Positions 44,571 to 45,982 of a stretch of DNA of 45,982 nt are shown here, in pieces; position 1 is the stretch's first letter; the number at the start of each line of letters is the position of its first letter. Source of the stretch: a virus. Below the pieces are notes generated by a model. It was not told the origin of the DNA. It did not search any database and was given only the letters and a program-made list of their open reading frames with translations. Both the position numbers and the translations under genes were made by a program. Where the stretch lies: the UHGV virus genome UHGV-0170246, one strand, 5' to 3'.

Positions 44571-45982
44571 GTGAGTAAATTATTATTTACGATGACTGAC
44601 GCCGGGCGTCAGGAGCTGGTTAATGCCAACAAAACAGGAACAAATAAAGTTGAGATTGTTTCTGTTGGTTTAGGTAGTAGATATTATGTCACGTCAACTT
44701 CACAAACAAATATAACAAACGAAATAAAACGACTTACCACAATAGGTGGCAAAGTTGTTTCCCCTGATACAATTCATGTAACAGCGAAGGATGATAGTAA
44801 AGATGAGTATGTTGTCCATACAATAGGATTGTATACGAATAAGGGTACGTTGTTTGCTGTATACTCACAAGAACAAGCAATAATAAATAAAGCATCATCT
44901 ACTATCGCTTTAATATCAAGTGATATAGCAATTAAAACTCTTGATACTAAAAATATTACATTTGGTGATATTGAGTTTATTAATCCTCCCGCGACCGAAA
45001 CTGTTGTTGGGGTGGCAAGATTTGCTAATGAACAAGAAATTGATGCAGGTACAGATGATTCCCTTGCTGTTTCAGCAAAACGGCTTAAGCAAGCCATTGT
45101 GAAACATGAGCAATCACGTAATCATCCTGATGCAACTTTAACCTCAAAAGGCTTTGTTCAACTTAGCAGCGCCACCAATAGCGCGTCTGAAACGCTTGCT
45201 GCGACGCCTAAGGCTGTTAAGGCAGCATATGACCTGGCTAATGCTAAATACACCGCACAGGACGCTACCACAGCGCGAAAAGGGATTGTTCAGCTCAGTA
45301 GTGCCACCAACAGCACGTCTGAAACGCTGGCAGCAACACCAAAGGCTGTTAAGGCAGCGTATGATCTTGCGGCCGGAAAGGCTCCGTCCAATCACACGCA
45401 TTCGTGGGAGCAGATAACAAATGTGCCTGTAGCTTCACTGACTGTAAGGGGAATAACTCAGCTCAGTAGTGCCACCAACAGCACGTCTGAAACACTGGCC
45501 GCGACATCGAAAGCTGTAAAGGTGGTAATGGATGAAACGAACAAGAAAGCGCCCCTGAACAGTCCGGCGCTGACCGGAACACCAACAACACCAACTGCGC
45601 CAAAAGGTACTAACAATACTCAGATCGCAAGCACGGCTTATGTTATGGCTGCGATTGCCGCCCTTGTAGATTCGTCACCTGACGCACTGAATACGCTGAA
45701 CGAGTTAGCGGCGGCGCTGGGAAACGACCCGAATTTTGCGACCACCATGACTAACGCGCTTGCGGGTAAGCAACCGAAAGATGCCACCCTGACGGCGCTG
45801 GCCGGGCTTGCTACTGCGGCAGACAGGTTTCCGTATTTTACGGGGAATGATGTCGCCAGCCTGGCAACTCTGACAAAAGTCGGGCGGGATATTCTTGCGA
45901 AATCGACCGTTGCCGCCGTTATCGAATACCTCGGTTTGCAGGAAACGATAAACAAGGCTTCTGGCGCATTACAGAAAAACCA
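44571..45982 (+). CDS. Tail fibre protein (P2 gpH / Mu S-like constant part), 3'-truncated by the window edge
   Basis: GTG start; open frame to the window end, absent from the ORF track because there is no stop; three tandem fibre repeats; reading frame runs through the gix-like site at 45919-45944. Confidence 0.8.
   Translation, partial: MSKLLFTMTDAGRQELVNANKTGTNKVEIVSVGLGSRYYVTSTSQTNITNEIKRLTTIGGKVVSPDTIHVTAKDDSKDEYVVHTIGLYTNKGTLFAVYSQEQAIINKASSTIALISSDIAIKTLDTKNITFGDIEFINPPATETVVGVARFANEQEIDAGTDDSLAVSAKRLKQAIVKHEQSRNHPDATLTSKGFVQLSSATNSASETLAATPKAVKAAYDLANAKYTAQDATTARKGIVQLSSATNSTSETLAATPKAVKAAYDLAAGKAPSNHTHSWEQITNVPVASLTVRGITQLSSATNSTSETLAATSKAVKVVMDETNKKAPLNSPALTGTPTTPTAPKGTNNTQIASTAYVMAAIAALVDSSPDALNTLNELAAALGNDPNFATTMTNALAGKQPKDATLTALAGLATAADRFPYFTGNDVASLATLTKVGRDILAKSTVAAVIEYLGLQETINKASGALQKN
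45150..45535 (+). repeat. Three tandem ~90-bp coding repeats inside the tail fibre gene (GxVQLSSATNSxSETLAATPKAVKAAYDLA)
   Basis: Read directly at ~45150-45242, 45280-45372 and 45446-45535. Confidence 0.8.
45919..45944. other. gix/cix-like crossover site (TTATCGAATACCTCGGTTTGCAGGAA), inverted partner of 39-64
   Basis: About 23/26 identical to the Mu gix site as recalled; lies inside the tail fibre reading frame. Confidence 0.7.

Noticed and set aside
45144-45417. Arg/Leu-rich ORFs on both strands (45144-45401 minus, 45154-45417 plus)
   Set aside because: Out-of-frame artefacts of the tandem coding repeats inside the tail fibre gene.

Overview
The window reads as a near-complete temperate phage-plasmid: a plasmid-type replication and partition backbone joined to a full myovirus genome, with no integrase or transposase. 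Everything below is read from the sequence and the ORF track by eye; no database search or alignment was run. Plasmid functions: an IncFII RepA1-like initiator (999-1847) with a CopA-like antisense unit in its leader, a DnaA box and palindrome-rich putative origin downstream, a ParA/ParG-type partition operon (8277-9237) and a HigB/HigA-like toxin-antitoxin pair. Phage functions: a CI-like repressor (9840-10496) with a three-operator region, an antirepressor, a rightward early operon of mostly unknown genes with two HNH-type nucleases, a holin/endolysin/spanin lysis cassette, one tRNA (anticodon CAU), an MT-A70 methyltransferase, three ParB-domain genes, a lambda-like packaging and head module (26741-33490) and a P2/Mu-like contractile tail module (35000-44540). 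The tail-fibre gene runs off the 3' end. The two window termini are exact inverted repeats (1-55 vs 45928-45982) carrying gix/cix-like sites beside a Gin-like invertase, so an invertible tail-fibre segment probably lies just outside the window. The most promising candidates for something undescribed are: a near-identical ~115-bp promoter/leader cassette repeated three times before unrelated short operons; an AT-rich motif family dispersed at seven loci; a CI-type operator sitting on the repA promoter; the ParB-domain / methyltransferase-fusion cluster upstream of the terminase; and an unknown gene co-located with the repressor.
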